Source: Paludibacteraceae bacterium (GTDB lineage Bacteria; Bacillota; Clostridia; Oscillospirales; Acutalibacteraceae). From it: a stretch of DNA of 64,000 nt. Position 1 is the first letter of the stretch; each line of letters starts with the position of its first letter. The notes beneath the pieces were generated by a model that worked only from the letters and a program-made list of their open reading frames with translations, did no database searches and had not been told where the DNA came from. Both the position numbers and the translations under genes were made by a program. The DNA is taken from assembly GCA_963647215.1 (NCBI GenBank), contig CAVIZK010000006.1, positions 34,766 through 98,765 on the forward strand. The letters run 5' to 3'. This document shows, piece by piece, positions 9,675 to 19,768 of the stretch.

Positions 9675-10332
9675 CATTGCCATTGACGGACCGGCGGGGG
9701 CCGGAAAAAGCAGCATTGCCAAAGCGGTATCCAAAGCATTAGGCTTTATTTATGTAGATACCGGCGCTTTGTACCGTACCGTCGGTCTGGCCGTTCTGCG
9801 TGCCGGCATTGCTCCGGAAGACACGGAAAAAGTGGTCGCATTACTGCCTGACATTACAGTGGACCTGGCTTTTGAAAACGGTACCCAGAAAGTTCTTTTA
9901 AACGGGGAGGATGTCTCTGACGCCATTCGCACCCCGCAAATTTCCGAATATGCTTCCAAAACCTCGGCCATTCCGGCCGTGCGGCACTTTTTGTTTGATC
10001 TTCAGCAGAAGATTGCCGCCACGCACAACGTCCTGATGGACGGCCGGGACATCGGTACTGTTGTTTTACCAAACGCGCAGTTAAAGGTGTTTTTAACTGC
10101 ATCGCCAGAAGTCCGCGCCATGCGCCGTTACAAAGAACTGACAGAAAAAGGACAAGCCGTCTTATATGACAACATTCTGGCAGAAGTCAAAGAACGGGAC
10201 TACCGGGACACCCACCGTGAAATTGCACCGTTAAAACCGGCAGACGATGCCGTTTTATTAGATACCTCAGACATGAGCTTTGAGGAAGTTGCAGCAAAGC
10301 TGACACAATTGGCAAAGGAGACCCTTGTATGA
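9667..10332 (+). CDS. cmk: Cytidylate kinase
   Basis: IAIDGPAGAGKSSIAK P-loop, YVDTGALYR and DGRDIGTVV motifs. The track ORF (9559) was trimmed to ATG 9667, which overlaps the preceding stop. Confidence 0.95.
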   Translation: MFNIAIDGPAGAGKSSIAKAVSKALGFIYVDTGALYRTVGLAVLRAGIAPEDTEKVVALLPDITVDLAFENGTQKVLLNGEDVSDAIRTPQISEYASKTSAIPAVRHFLFDLQQKIAATHNVLMDGRDIGTVVLPNAQLKVFLTASPEVRAMRRYKELTEKGQAVLYDNILAEVKERDYRDTHREIAPLKPADDAVLLDTSDMSFEEVAAKLTQLAKETLV

Positions 10333-11045
10333 GCACAACTGAAGTAAAAAAGATTCCCCTGGCAAGCAAAAAGCCTTATGTTCACCATTGGGAAAAACAA
10401 AAAGTAAAAGACAAAACCAGATTTTTCAAGTGCTGGATTCCGCTGGCACACTATCTGTTAAATAAAGAATTTGAGTCTTTGGAATTTATTGGTGCTGAAA
10501 ATGTACCGAAGGACGGCAAGGTTATTCTGATTTCCAATCACGTTAACGGATTTGACCCCATTACACTGATGTACGGAATCGGCATTAAACGGTCTGCCTA
10601 TTTCATGGCAAAAGCAGAGTTCTATCAGGCCTTTTACATTCGCTGGGCCCTGAAAATTTTCAACGGCTTCCCGGTCAACCGGGATAAACCAGACAGGGAA
10701 TCCATGAAGTTTGCACAGAAAGTACTGGAAAAAGAACAGATGCTGGTTATTTTCCCGGCCGGAACCAGAGACCGGTACCGCAAACGTCCGGAAACAGAAG
10801 AGGGCATTAAAGTCGGCTTTGCCATGCTGGCCAGAGACGCCAAAGCAACGGTTGTTCCGGCATCCATCCATCTGTCTTCTGATTTGGACAATCATCATCC
10901 GAAATGCATTGTTCGCTACGGTGAACCTATCCCTTATGAAGAAATGGGCTTTACCGAAGGGGTTCGGAAATCCGCTGAGCTGCGCAATGCATCCAAGATG
11001 TTAATGACCAGGGTACAGGAATTATGGGACATGGACCAGATCTGA
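10329..11045 (+). CDS. plsC: 1-acyl-sn-glycerol-3-phosphate acyltransferase
   Basis: HxxxxD acyltransferase motif (NHVNGFDP) and FPAGTR block. Overlaps the cmk stop. cmk-plsC-ispH/rpsA order. Confidence 0.85.
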   Translation: MSTTEVKKIPLASKKPYVHHWEKQKVKDKTRFFKCWIPLAHYLLNKEFESLEFIGAENVPKDGKVILISNHVNGFDPITLMYGIGIKRSAYFMAKAEFYQAFYIRWALKIFNGFPVNRDKPDRESMKFAQKVLEKEQMLVIFPAGTRDRYRKRPETEEGIKVGFAMLARDAKATVVPASIHLSSDLDNHHPKCIVRYGEPIPYEEMGFTEGVRKSAELRNASKMLMTRVQELWDMDQI

Positions 11046-13075
11046 TTGTTGCCAAAACCGCCGGGTTCTGTCCCGGTGCGCAGCGCATTGTAAACAGGGT
11101 AGAAGAGCTACTGACCTTGCATGACAATGTCTATGCAAACGGGCCCATTTTGCACAATGACCATGTTAATCAGCCATTGCAGGAAAAAGGGCTCCACTTT
11201 GAACCCGACATGGACAAGGTACCGGAAGACGCATTTGTTATTTTACGTGCCCATGGTACGCCATTGTCTGTAAAGCAGCAGTTGGACAAACGGGGAATTG
11301 CTTATGAAGATATTGCCTGCCCGTATGTTGTCCGCATCCAAAAAATTGTTTCTTCCATGGATCCGGAACAGGATATTGTTATTCTGACCGGAAATCAGGA
11401 ACATCCGGAAATGCAAGCCACGCTGACTTACGTTTCCTGCCCTTATTACGTAGTGCAAACGCCCGAAGAATTGCAAGAGTTGTTGGAAAAGAACAAGACA
11501 ACTTTTGAAAAACGGACCGTAAATCTGGTTTCCCAGACAACCTACCGGACCGACCTTTGGGAAAACTGCGTAGCTACAATAAATAACATATGTACAAAAG
11601 CAAAAATTTTTGCTACAATATGTAAGGCTACCGAAGAACGGCAGTATGAGGCAAAAGTACTCTCCAAACGCTGTAAACGAATGATAGTAATCGGTGCCAG
11701 ACACAGTTCCAATACTATCAAGTTGTTTAACGTGTGTAGGGAAAACTGTGATACTGTTCTAATAGACTCGGTGAAAGAGCTCAACCCTGAGTTTATTAAC
11801 GGGGCAGAAACCATAGGTGTTAGTGCAGGGGCTTCAACGCCACCTGCTACAATAAAGGAGGTACTTGAGGCTATGTCCGAAGTAGTAAACAAAATTGTAG
11901 AAGATGCTGATGATTTTGACTTTGCAACCGCATTGGAAGAATCTCTGGAAAGCATGTCTTCCGATCAAAAAGTGAAAGGTGTTGTGGTTGGTATCACTCC
12001 GACTGAAATTCAGGTCGACATCGGAAGAAAACAGACCGGTTATATCAGTTATGAAGAATACAGCTACAATCCAAACGCAAATCCTGCAGAGGAATTGAAG
12101 GTTGGAGACGAAATAGACTGCGTAATCATGAAAACCAATGACGTAGAAGGCACTATCATGCTTTCCAAGCGTCGTTTTGACAGTGCAAATGCCTGGTCCG
12201 AACTGGAAACAGCAGTAGAAGAAGGCACCACCATGGAAGGTGTTGTAACCGACATCAACAAGGGCGGCGTTATTGCTACCACTGAAAAGGGCATTCGCGT
12301 ATTCATTCCGGGTTCTCTTGCCACTGAAAACAGAGGCGAACCGCTGGATGGTCTTCGTGGTACCACAGTTCAGTTCAAGGTTATTGAAGTTAACCGTCAG
12401 CGCAGACGTGCAGTCGGCTCTGTTAAGGCTGTCCTGAAGGAAGCCAAGAAAGCTGCACAGGAAAAATTCTGGGCAGAAGCAGAAGAAGGAACCGTTTATA
12501 CCGGTATTGTTAAGTCCTTTACCCAGTATGGTGCTTTTGTTGACATCGGCGGCGTAGACGGCATGATTCACATCAGCGAACTTTCCTGGAAGCGCATTAA
12601 GCATCCGTCTGATGTTCTTTCTATTGGTGACACCGTAGAAGTTTACATCAAGTCCCTGGAAAACAACCGTATTTCCCTTGGCTACAAGAAGGAAGAAGAC
12701 AACCCATGGGCCATCCTGAAGAAGACCTATGAAGTTGGAGACGTAGTAGATGCCAAGATTGTTGGCATGACTGCATTCGGTGCTTTTGCTAACATCATTC
12801 CGGAAATTGATGGTCTTATTCACATTTCCCAGATTGCAGACAAGCGCATTGAAAAGCCACAGGATGTTCTTTCCGTTGGTGACAGTGTCAAAGTTAAGAT
12901 TACTGACATTGACTATGATAAGAAGCGCGTAAGCCTTTCCATCCGTGCTCTTCTTGAACCGAAGGAAGACGAAGAAGTAGAAACCGGCGAAGCCTTTGTT
13001 GCTTCTTCTGATGACATTGCTGCCGCTGCAGAAGTTGCAGAAGCTGCCGCCGAAGCGGAAGCCACCGAAGAATAA
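11024..13075 (+). CDS. ispH: Bifunctional IspH (HMBPP reductase) / ribosomal protein S1 fusion
   Basis: N-terminal IspH (AKTAGFCPGAQR, SSNT, GASTP) followed by four S1 repeats (e.g. GTVYTGIVKSFTQYGAFVDIGGVDGMIHISEL) and an acidic tail. The exact start is uncertain, because ATG 11024 overlaps plsC by 22 nt. Confidence 0.9.
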   Translation: MGHGPDLIVAKTAGFCPGAQRIVNRVEELLTLHDNVYANGPILHNDHVNQPLQEKGLHFEPDMDKVPEDAFVILRAHGTPLSVKQQLDKRGIAYEDIACPYVVRIQKIVSSMDPEQDIVILTGNQEHPEMQATLTYVSCPYYVVQTPEELQELLEKNKTTFEKRTVNLVSQTTYRTDLWENCVATINNICTKAKIFATICKATEERQYEAKVLSKRCKRMIVIGARHSSNTIKLFNVCRENCDTVLIDSVKELNPEFINGAETIGVSAGASTPPATIKEVLEAMSEVVNKIVEDADDFDFATALEESLESMSSDQKVKGVVVGITPTEIQVDIGRKQTGYISYEEYSYNPNANPAEELKVGDEIDCVIMKTNDVEGTIMLSKRRFDSANAWSELETAVEEGTTMEGVVTDINKGGVIATTEKGIRVFIPGSLATENRGEPLDGLRGTTVQFKVIEVNRQRRRAVGSVKAVLKEAKKAAQEKFWAEAEEGTVYTGIVKSFTQYGAFVDIGGVDGMIHISELSWKRIKHPSDVLSIGDTVEVYIKSLENNRISLGYKKEEDNPWAILKKTYEVGDVVDAKIVGMTAFGAFANIIPEIDGLIHISQIADKRIEKPQDVLSVGDSVKVKITDIDYDKKRVSLSIRALLEPKEDEEVETGEAFVASSDDIAAAAEVAEAAAEAEATEE

Positions 13076-13094
13076 ATTCGGTTTACCTTAGTTT

Positions 13095-13135
13095 AAAACA
13101 GTAGCTGTCTTTTGACAGTTACTGTTTTCTTTTTA
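13095..13135 (+). terminator. Intrinsic terminator after ispH::rpsA
   Basis: AACAGTAGCTGTC-tttt-GACAGTTACTGTT (one G:U pair) followed by TTCTTTTT. Confidence 0.7.
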
Positions 13136-13151
13136 CAGAAGGGAGTTCACC

Positions 13152-14225
13152 ATGGAACTTCAATTCCATATGACGCAGGACGTTTGGCAGCGTCTGCAAC
13201 AGGAGACCCGTCCGCTGGTTTTATACGGAACCGGAAACGGCGCCGAAAAGCTGTTGGCTGTACTGGAGAAGTATCAGATTGCCGTTTCTGATATTTTTGT
13301 ATCCGATGCCTTTTATCGCGGCCAGGAGTTTCATGGCTATACCTGCCTGCGGTATGCTGATATCTGTCAGAAATATGATGATTGCGTTATTCTGATCGGC
13401 TTTGCCATTTTCCGTGAAGATATGATGCACACCGTTAAAGAAATTGCCAAACGATATGAAGTCCTGGCGCCGGAGGTCCCGGTTTTCGGTTGTGACGAAT
13501 TTACGCTAAACCACTTAACCACCTATCAGGAAGAAATCCGGCAGGTCTATGAAGCGTTAGCAGACGAACAATCCCGCACGGTTTTTTCTTCCGTTTTGCA
13601 ATACCGCTTAACGGGACAACTGTCGTATTTATTTGATTGTGAAACGCCGCGGCAGGAAGTATTTACCAATCTGATTCATCCCGGCGATGCAGCCACTTAC
13701 GTAGATTTGGGAGCTTACCGCGGAGATACCATAGAAGAGTTTTTACAATTAACCGGCAATCAGTTTCAATCCATTTATGCACTGGAACCGGACGCCAAAA
13801 ATTACCAAAAGCTCCAGGAGTATTTAACAAGCCTGCCGGAAGAAATCCGCAATCGGATTTATACTTATCCACTTGCTTCCTGGTCTGAACAGACCACACT
13901 TCCGTTTGACGGCGGTGGAGGACGGAATTCTTCCGTCAACACCGGGAAAAAGGAAGTGCAGACAACAGATGTGGATTCTATTTTAAATGGGGGAAAGGCA
14001 ACCTATATAAAAATGGATGTAGAAGGCGCGGAGACAGAAACATTAGCGGGCCTAAAACAAACATTAGCGGTCTTTAAGCCGGCACTAGCGGTTTCGGCTT
14101 ACCACCGAACGACAGATCTTTTTTTGCTGCCGTTACAGATCTTAACGCTGCAACCCCAGTATCAGCTGTATTTGCGGCACCATCCGTATATTCCAGCCTG
14201 GGAAACCAATTATTATTGTCTGTAA
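13152..14225 (+). CDS. FkbM-family SAM-dependent methyltransferase
   Basis: YVDLGAYRGDTIEEF and IKMDVEGAETETL blocks typical of FkbM methyltransferases. The N-terminal roughly 120 aa form an extra domain. Confidence 0.8.
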   Translation: MELQFHMTQDVWQRLQQETRPLVLYGTGNGAEKLLAVLEKYQIAVSDIFVSDAFYRGQEFHGYTCLRYADICQKYDDCVILIGFAIFREDMMHTVKEIAKRYEVLAPEVPVFGCDEFTLNHLTTYQEEIRQVYEALADEQSRTVFSSVLQYRLTGQLSYLFDCETPRQEVFTNLIHPGDAATYVDLGAYRGDTIEEFLQLTGNQFQSIYALEPDAKNYQKLQEYLTSLPEEIRNRIYTYPLASWSEQTTLPFDGGGGRNSSVNTGKKEVQTTDVDSILNGGKATYIKMDVEGAETETLAGLKQTLAVFKPALAVSAYHRTTDLFLLPLQILTLQPQYQLYLRHHPYIPAWETNYYCL

Positions 14226-14250
14226 ATAGGCTTTCTAACAAGCCGTTTTA

Positions 14251-14259
14251 TGTTATAAT
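14251..14259 (+). promoter_or_regulatory. Extended -10 element (TGTTATAAT) upstream of comEA
   Basis: TGnTATAAT at 14251-14259, 36 nt before the ATG. The -35 is weak. Confidence 0.4.
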
Positions 14260-14294
14260 CTTTTGCGTACCAATTAGAAAACGGAGGCTCCCTA

Positions 14295-14699
14295 ATGACA
14301 TTTCGGGAATCCGTGTTGGTTGCAATTGCTTTTGTTTTATTAGCCGGCATTATTGCCTATAATGCAGTTACCCTTTCTTCCTCGGAGAAAGGGGATGTTT
14401 TGGAGTCTGTCAGCACTTCTTCCAGTACGTCTTCCCCGGTAACGGAAAGCAGTACCTCGCAGAGCAGCGAAGAGACAACAACAGCAGTTTCCACTTCTGT
14501 AACTGCAGGAAAAGTTAACATTAATACGGCTGGGCTTGCCGAACTGACTACCTTAACCGGAATCGGGGATGTGAAAGGGCAGGCCATTATTGATTATCGA
14601 ACGGAACACGGGCCGTTCACTTCGGTGGAGGAATTGACGAATGTCAGTGGCATCGGAGACAAGACTCTGGCTAAAATCAGAGATCAAATTACCGTTTAA
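14295..14699 (+). CDS. comEA: ComEA-family helix-hairpin-helix DNA-binding (competence) protein
   Basis: N-terminal TM segment, Ser/Thr-rich linker, then INTAGLAELTTLTGIGDVKGQAIIDYR...ELTNVSGIGDKTLAKI (tandem HhH). Confidence 0.85.
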   Translation: MTFRESVLVAIAFVLLAGIIAYNAVTLSSSEKGDVLESVSTSSSTSSPVTESSTSQSSEETTTAVSTSVTAGKVNINTAGLAELTTLTGIGDVKGQAIIDYRTEHGPFTSVEELTNVSGIGDKTLAKIRDQITV

Positions 14700-14726
14700 T
14701 GCCGGAAAGAAAGGGTTTTCTATTAT

Positions 14727-15593
14727 ATGCAATTCGTCATTCTGGATTTGGAATGGAATACGGCCTTTGACAGGCGTGGACACCAATATATCAGTGAAAT
14801 CATTGAATTTGGTGCAATCAAGTTAGATGAAGATTTAAAGACCTTGGATACCTATGCCAGATTTGTCAAACCACAGATTGAAACGCATCTGCATTCCAGA
14901 GTCAAAAAGCTAACTCACATTACCAACGAAGACATTAAAGATGCTGCCGGGTTTCTGAATGTGGCAGATGATTTTACCCGTTGGATCGGGGACGTGGACA
15001 ATACGGTCATCCTTTCCTGGGGAGACATGGATGTTCGTGCCTTAACTGAAAACTACCGGTATTATTTGTCGGATCCAACTATCCCGTTTTTGAAGTATTA
15101 TGCCGATGCGCAGGCCTTCTTCATGAAGCAGAAGAATTTGCAGCCAAGCCAGCAGATTGGTCTGAGCAACGCTGCAGAAATGATCCATCTTGACGCAGAA
15201 AACTACGTTCATCACCGGGCACTGGGTGACTGTGAAATGACCGCTGTTATTTTCCGTGTGGTTTATGATGAAGATCTTCTGACGCCCTTTATCCGCGTTT
15301 GCAATGAAGAATATTACCGGCGTTTACTGTTTCATCCGTATATTATTAAGGACATTCATAGTCCCTATGTGGAAGAAGATTCCTTAAGCTGTAAGTGCAT
15401 AGACTGCCATATTCCGTGCCAGCCAACTACAGAATGGGCCTTTGCAAACAGTTCATTCCGCGCTTTCTTTGTTTGCCCGGAATGCGGACAGACGTATCGG
15501 TGCAATGTACAAATGCGGCGGCTGTATTCCCAAATTAACACCAAGAAAACCGTTACCAAATTAGAGGAAACGGAAGCAGAACAGGGAAAGTAG
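14727..15593 (+). CDS. DEDDh 3'-5' exonuclease (KapD/ERI-1-like) with a C-terminal Cys-rich zinc-ribbon region
   Basis: Exo I ILDLEWN, Exo II SWGDMD, Exo III HHRALGDC. The C-terminus carries CKCIDCHIPC and CPECGQTYRC. Confidence 0.75.
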   Translation: MQFVILDLEWNTAFDRRGHQYISEIIEFGAIKLDEDLKTLDTYARFVKPQIETHLHSRVKKLTHITNEDIKDAAGFLNVADDFTRWIGDVDNTVILSWGDMDVRALTENYRYYLSDPTIPFLKYYADAQAFFMKQKNLQPSQQIGLSNAAEMIHLDAENYVHHRALGDCEMTAVIFRVVYDEDLLTPFIRVCNEEYYRRLLFHPYIIKDIHSPYVEEDSLSCKCIDCHIPCQPTTEWAFANSSFRAFFVCPECGQTYRCNVQMRRLYSQINTKKTVTKLEETEAEQGK

Positions 15594-15628
15594 ACAAACA
15601 CCTGCTTCCCGTTAAACACAAATAAAAA

Positions 15629-15661
15629 AGAGCCCGTTACAAACCAACTGTAACGGGCTCT
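15629..15661. terminator. Bidirectional intrinsic terminator (exonuclease / asd)
   Basis: AGAGCCCGTTAC-N9-GTAACGGGCTCT flanked by AAAAAA upstream and TTATAATTTT downstream. Confidence 0.75.
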
Positions 15662-15699
15662 TATAATTTTGCTTATGCCGTGTTTCTGACCGTTTAAAA

Positions 15700-16782
15700 T
15701 TAGTCCATGTAACCTTCAGCAGCAAGCAGTTCTGCCAAAAGTACGGCACCGCCTGCGGCACCACGAAGGGTATTGTGGGAAACACAAACAAACTTGTAGT
15801 CATACTGGGTGTCTTCACGAAGACGGCCAACGGAAATGGCCATGCCTTTGTCCAGGTTCCGATCCAGTTTGGACTGCGGACGGTCGTCCTCTTCAAAGTA
15901 GTGCAGGAACTGCTTTGGAGCAGACGGCAGATCCAGTTCCTGTGGCTTACCGGAGAAGGAAGCCCAGGTTTCCAGGATTTCTTCCTTGGTCGGCTTCTTG
16001 GCAAAGCGGACAAAGGCGGCTGCCAGGTGGCCGTCAGAAACCGGTACCCGCAGGCACTGTGCCGTGAAGTGCGGCTTTGCTGCCGGAACAATTTCACCGT
16101 TTTCAATATGACCCCAGATCTTCAGCGGTTCCTGTTCGGATTTTTCTTCTTCACCGCCAATGTACGGGATAACGTTATCCAGAATTTCCGGGAACGTATC
16201 AAAGGTTTTACCTGCACCGGAGATGGCCTGGTAAGTGCATACCAGAACATCTTCTACACCAAACTTTTCGTCCAGTGGATACAGAGGCGGTACATAGGAC
16301 TGCAGGGAGCAGTTGGACTTAACGGCAACAAAGCCGCGCTTGGTACCAAGGCGCTTCCGCTGGTCATCAATTACCTTAATGTGGTCCGGATTCAGTTCCG
16401 GAATAACCATAGGTACGTCCGGTGTAAAGCGATGGGCACTGTTGTTAGAAACAACAGGGATTTCTGCCTTAGCGTAGGCTTCTTCCAACGCTCTGGTTTC
16501 CGGTTTAGAGAGGGAAACGGCACAGAATACAAAGTCTACCAGACCGGCAATTTTTTCAATGTCATTGTCAGCATCCAGAACAATCATGTCCTCCATGCTC
16601 TTTGGCATTGGAGCAGTGTTGATCTTCCACGTTTTTACAGCCTCTTTGTAGGTTTTACCTGCAGAACGAGAGCTGGCTGCTAACGCGGTAACGGTAAACC
16701 AGGGATGGTTTTCAAGGATGGTGGCAAAGCGCTGGCCTACCATGCCGGTAGCACCAATGATGCCGACTTTGTACTGTTTCAT
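15700..16782 (-). CDS. asd: Aspartate-semialdehyde dehydrogenase
   Basis: VGIIGATGMVGQRF N-terminus, active-site region SNCSLQ, C-terminal HNTLRGAAGGAVL. GGAGGG RBS. Confidence 0.95.
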   Translation of the reverse strand: MKQYKVGIIGATGMVGQRFATILENHPWFTVTALAASSRSAGKTYKEAVKTWKINTAPMPKSMEDMIVLDADNDIEKIAGLVDFVFCAVSLSKPETRALEEAYAKAEIPVVSNNSAHRFTPDVPMVIPELNPDHIKVIDDQRKRLGTKRGFVAVKSNCSLQSYVPPLYPLDEKFGVEDVLVCTYQAISGAGKTFDTFPEILDNVIPYIGGEEEKSEQEPLKIWGHIENGEIVPAAKPHFTAQCLRVPVSDGHLAAAFVRFAKKPTKEEILETWASFSGKPQELDLPSAPKQFLHYFEEDDRPQSKLDRNLDKGMAISVGRLREDTQYDYKFVCVSHNTLRGAAGGAVLLAELLAAEGYMD

Positions 16783-16955
16783 AATTGATTCCCTCCGGGA
16801 TGTAAGTTTTGAAATCCGGTTGTAAACCGGGGTTCAATGCAATATAATAGAGCAAGTTGTTTTGCCAAAAAACGGCTTCAACAGTCGCTTTTTGCAAACT
16901 TGCAAATACTATAAAACATTGCATCTGTAAAGTCAATTGAAAGAGGCCTTCTGAT

Positions 16956-17984
16956 ATGAAAAAATCCGACTTCTGGTATCATCTTCCAGAGGAACTCATT
17001 GCGCAAACGCCATTAAAACAGCGGGATGCCTCCCGGCTGCTTCATATGGATCGGGAGACAGGGGAACTGACCCACGGTCATTTTGATGATATTCTGCACT
17101 TTCTCCGTCCCGGTGATTGCCTGATTATCAATGATACCCGTGTTCTTCCGGCCCGCATTTACGGCGTAAAAGAGGGAACCGGAGCCGTAGTAGAGTTTTT
17201 GTTATTAAAACAGGTTGCGCTGGACACCTGGGAATGCCTGGCAGGCCCGGGAAAGAGAGCCAAAGAGGGCACTTCTTTTTCCTTCTCCGACGGCAAATTA
17301 ATGGGCACCGTTGAACAGATTAAAGAAGATGGAAACCGCGTGGTTCACTTCACCTATGATGGTGACAACTTCTATTCCATTCTGGAAGAAATCGGTCAAA
17401 TGCCGTTACCGCCATACATTAAGGAAAAACTGGAAGACAAAGAACGCTACCAAACCGTATACTCCAAAGAACTGGGTTCCGCCGCTGCACCGACCGCCGG
17501 TCTGCATTTTACGCCGGAACTGCTGGAGAAAGTACAGGAGATGGGCGTTAACATCGGTAAGGTTACTTTGCACGTTGGTCTTGGCACGTTCCGGCCTGTA
17601 AAAGAGGATAGCATAGAAAAACACCACATGCATACCGAACACTACCGGATGCCAAAAGAGACTGCGGATTTGATTAACCAGACCAAAGAAAACGGCGGTC
17701 GTGTCATCTGCGTCGGAACCACCAGCTGCCGGACCGTGGAGAGTGTGGCAACAAAACTGGGCTGCATCGCCGAGGATGAGGATAACACCAGCATCTTCAT
17801 TTATCCGGGATACCAGTTCCGCTGCATGGACGGCCTGATTACCAATTTCCACCTGCCGGAAAGCACCCTGATTATGCTGGTTTCCGCCTTTGCCGGATAC
17901 GAACACACCATGCACGCCTATGACGTTGCGGTACAGGAACAATACCGTTTCTTTTCTTTCGGCGATGCAATGTTTATCTCTTAA
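16956..17984 (+). CDS. queA: S-adenosylmethionine:tRNA ribosyltransferase-isomerase
   Basis: [32 protein letters not shown] and [10 protein letters not shown] are hallmark QueA blocks. Confidence 0.95.
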   Translation: MKKSDFWYHLPEELIAQTPLKQRDASRLLHMDRETGELTHGHFDDILHFLRPGDCLIINDTRVLPARIYGVKEGTGAVVEFLLLKQVALDTWECLAGPGKRAKEGTSFSFSDGKLMGTVEQIKEDGNRVVHFTYDGDNFYSILEEIGQMPLPPYIKEKLEDKERYQTVYSKELGSAAAPTAGLHFTPELLEKVQEMGVNIGKVTLHVGLGTFRPVKEDSIEKHHMHTEHYRMPKETADLINQTKENGGRVICVGTTSCRTVESVATKLGCIAEDEDNTSIFIYPGYQFRCMDGLITNFHLPESTLIMLVSAFAGYEHTMHAYDVAVQEQYRFFSFGDAMFIS

Positions 17985-19130
<1,146 letters not shown>

Positions 19131-19193
19131 GAAAACAGCATGGTATAATAAGCGTGCTAATCGGGGAAACCCGTAAATAATGGAGGTACAACA

Positions 19194-19622
19194 ATGGATT
19201 TTAACGCCCTTGCCGTTCTTTTAAGTACGGCATCTACATCCGGATCTAGCAGCTCTTCCGGTGCATCTTCTATTTGGATGGTTGCAATTCTGATCTTCTT
19301 TGTCGTTTACATGTTCATGATGTCCAGAAGAGACAAGAAGCAGAGAAAAGAAGAACAGGACATGAGAGAATCCCTGAACATCGGAGATGACATTATGACC
19401 ATCGGCGGTGTCATGGGCCGGATTGTTTCCGTAAAAGAAGACAGCATTGTCATTGAAACCGGAACCGACCGCACCAAGATTCGCTTTGCTAAAACCGCTA
19501 TTGCCACAAACTTAAGTGCAAAAGAACGTGCAGAAGCTGCCAAGAAGGCCGCAGCAGATAAGGCTGCCGCAGAAAAGGAAGCTAAGAAAGCTGCCAAAGA
19601 AAAAGCAAAGAAGAACAAATAA
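19194..19622 (+). CDS. yajC: Preprotein translocase subunit YajC (with Lys/Ala-rich tail)
   Basis: TM segment followed by MMSRRDKKQRKE...LNIGDDIMTIGGVMGRIVSVKEDSIVIE, the YajC signature. tgt-yajC context. Confidence 0.85.
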   Translation: MDFNALAVLLSTASTSGSSSSSGASSIWMVAILIFFVVYMFMMSRRDKKQRKEEQDMRESLNIGDDIMTIGGVMGRIVSVKEDSIVIETGTDRTKIRFAKTAIATNLSAKERAEAAKKAAADKAAAEKEAKKAAKEKAKKNK

Positions 19623-19626
19623 GTGT

Positions 19627-19655
19627 TTGACTTTGCGCGTTTGATATGATATATC
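19627..19655 (+). promoter_or_regulatory. Putative sigma-70-type promoter upstream of the MATE leader
   Basis: TTGACT (19627-32), 17-nt spacer, extended -10 TGaTATATC (19647-55). Confidence 0.45.
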
Positions 19656-19696
19656 TTGTTCTAACGCGCGGAGGGCAAGTTGCTCAAAGAAACAAC

Positions 19697-19748
19697 AAGC
19701 CGGATAAGGCGCAGACTGAAATGTCTGTTCCTTATCCGGCTTTTTTTC
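19697..19748 (+). terminator. Strong intrinsic terminator, either the yajC terminator or a leader attenuator of the MATE gene
   Basis: 13-bp stem AAGCCGGATAAGG / CCTTATCCGGCTT with an inner CAGAC/GTCTG stem, followed by T7. Ends 20 nt before the MATE ATG. Confidence 0.7.
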
Positions 19749-19768
19749 ATGGAAAGGAGAATTTTGAT

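Noticed and set aside
11834-12823. 329-aa minus-strand ORF
   Set aside because: It is antisense to the S1-repeat region of ispH::rpsA and has no recognisable motifs. It is a shadow frame of a highly expressed gene.
11024-13075. IspH-S1 fusion as a novelty
   Set aside because: This fusion is a known, widespread arrangement in Clostridia, so I report it as a feature only.
15775-16683. 302-aa + strand ORF, and the 164-aa minus-strand ORF at 15612-16106
   Set aside because: Both overlap asd, one antisense and one out of frame. asd has unmistakable motifs and a GGAGGG RBS, and these ORFs have neither.
16783-16955. Lysine riboswitch (L-box) upstream of asd, or preQ1 riboswitch upstream of queA
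   Set aside because: The shared divergent region is only 173 nt, and I could see none of the conserved L-box or preQ1 core sequences.
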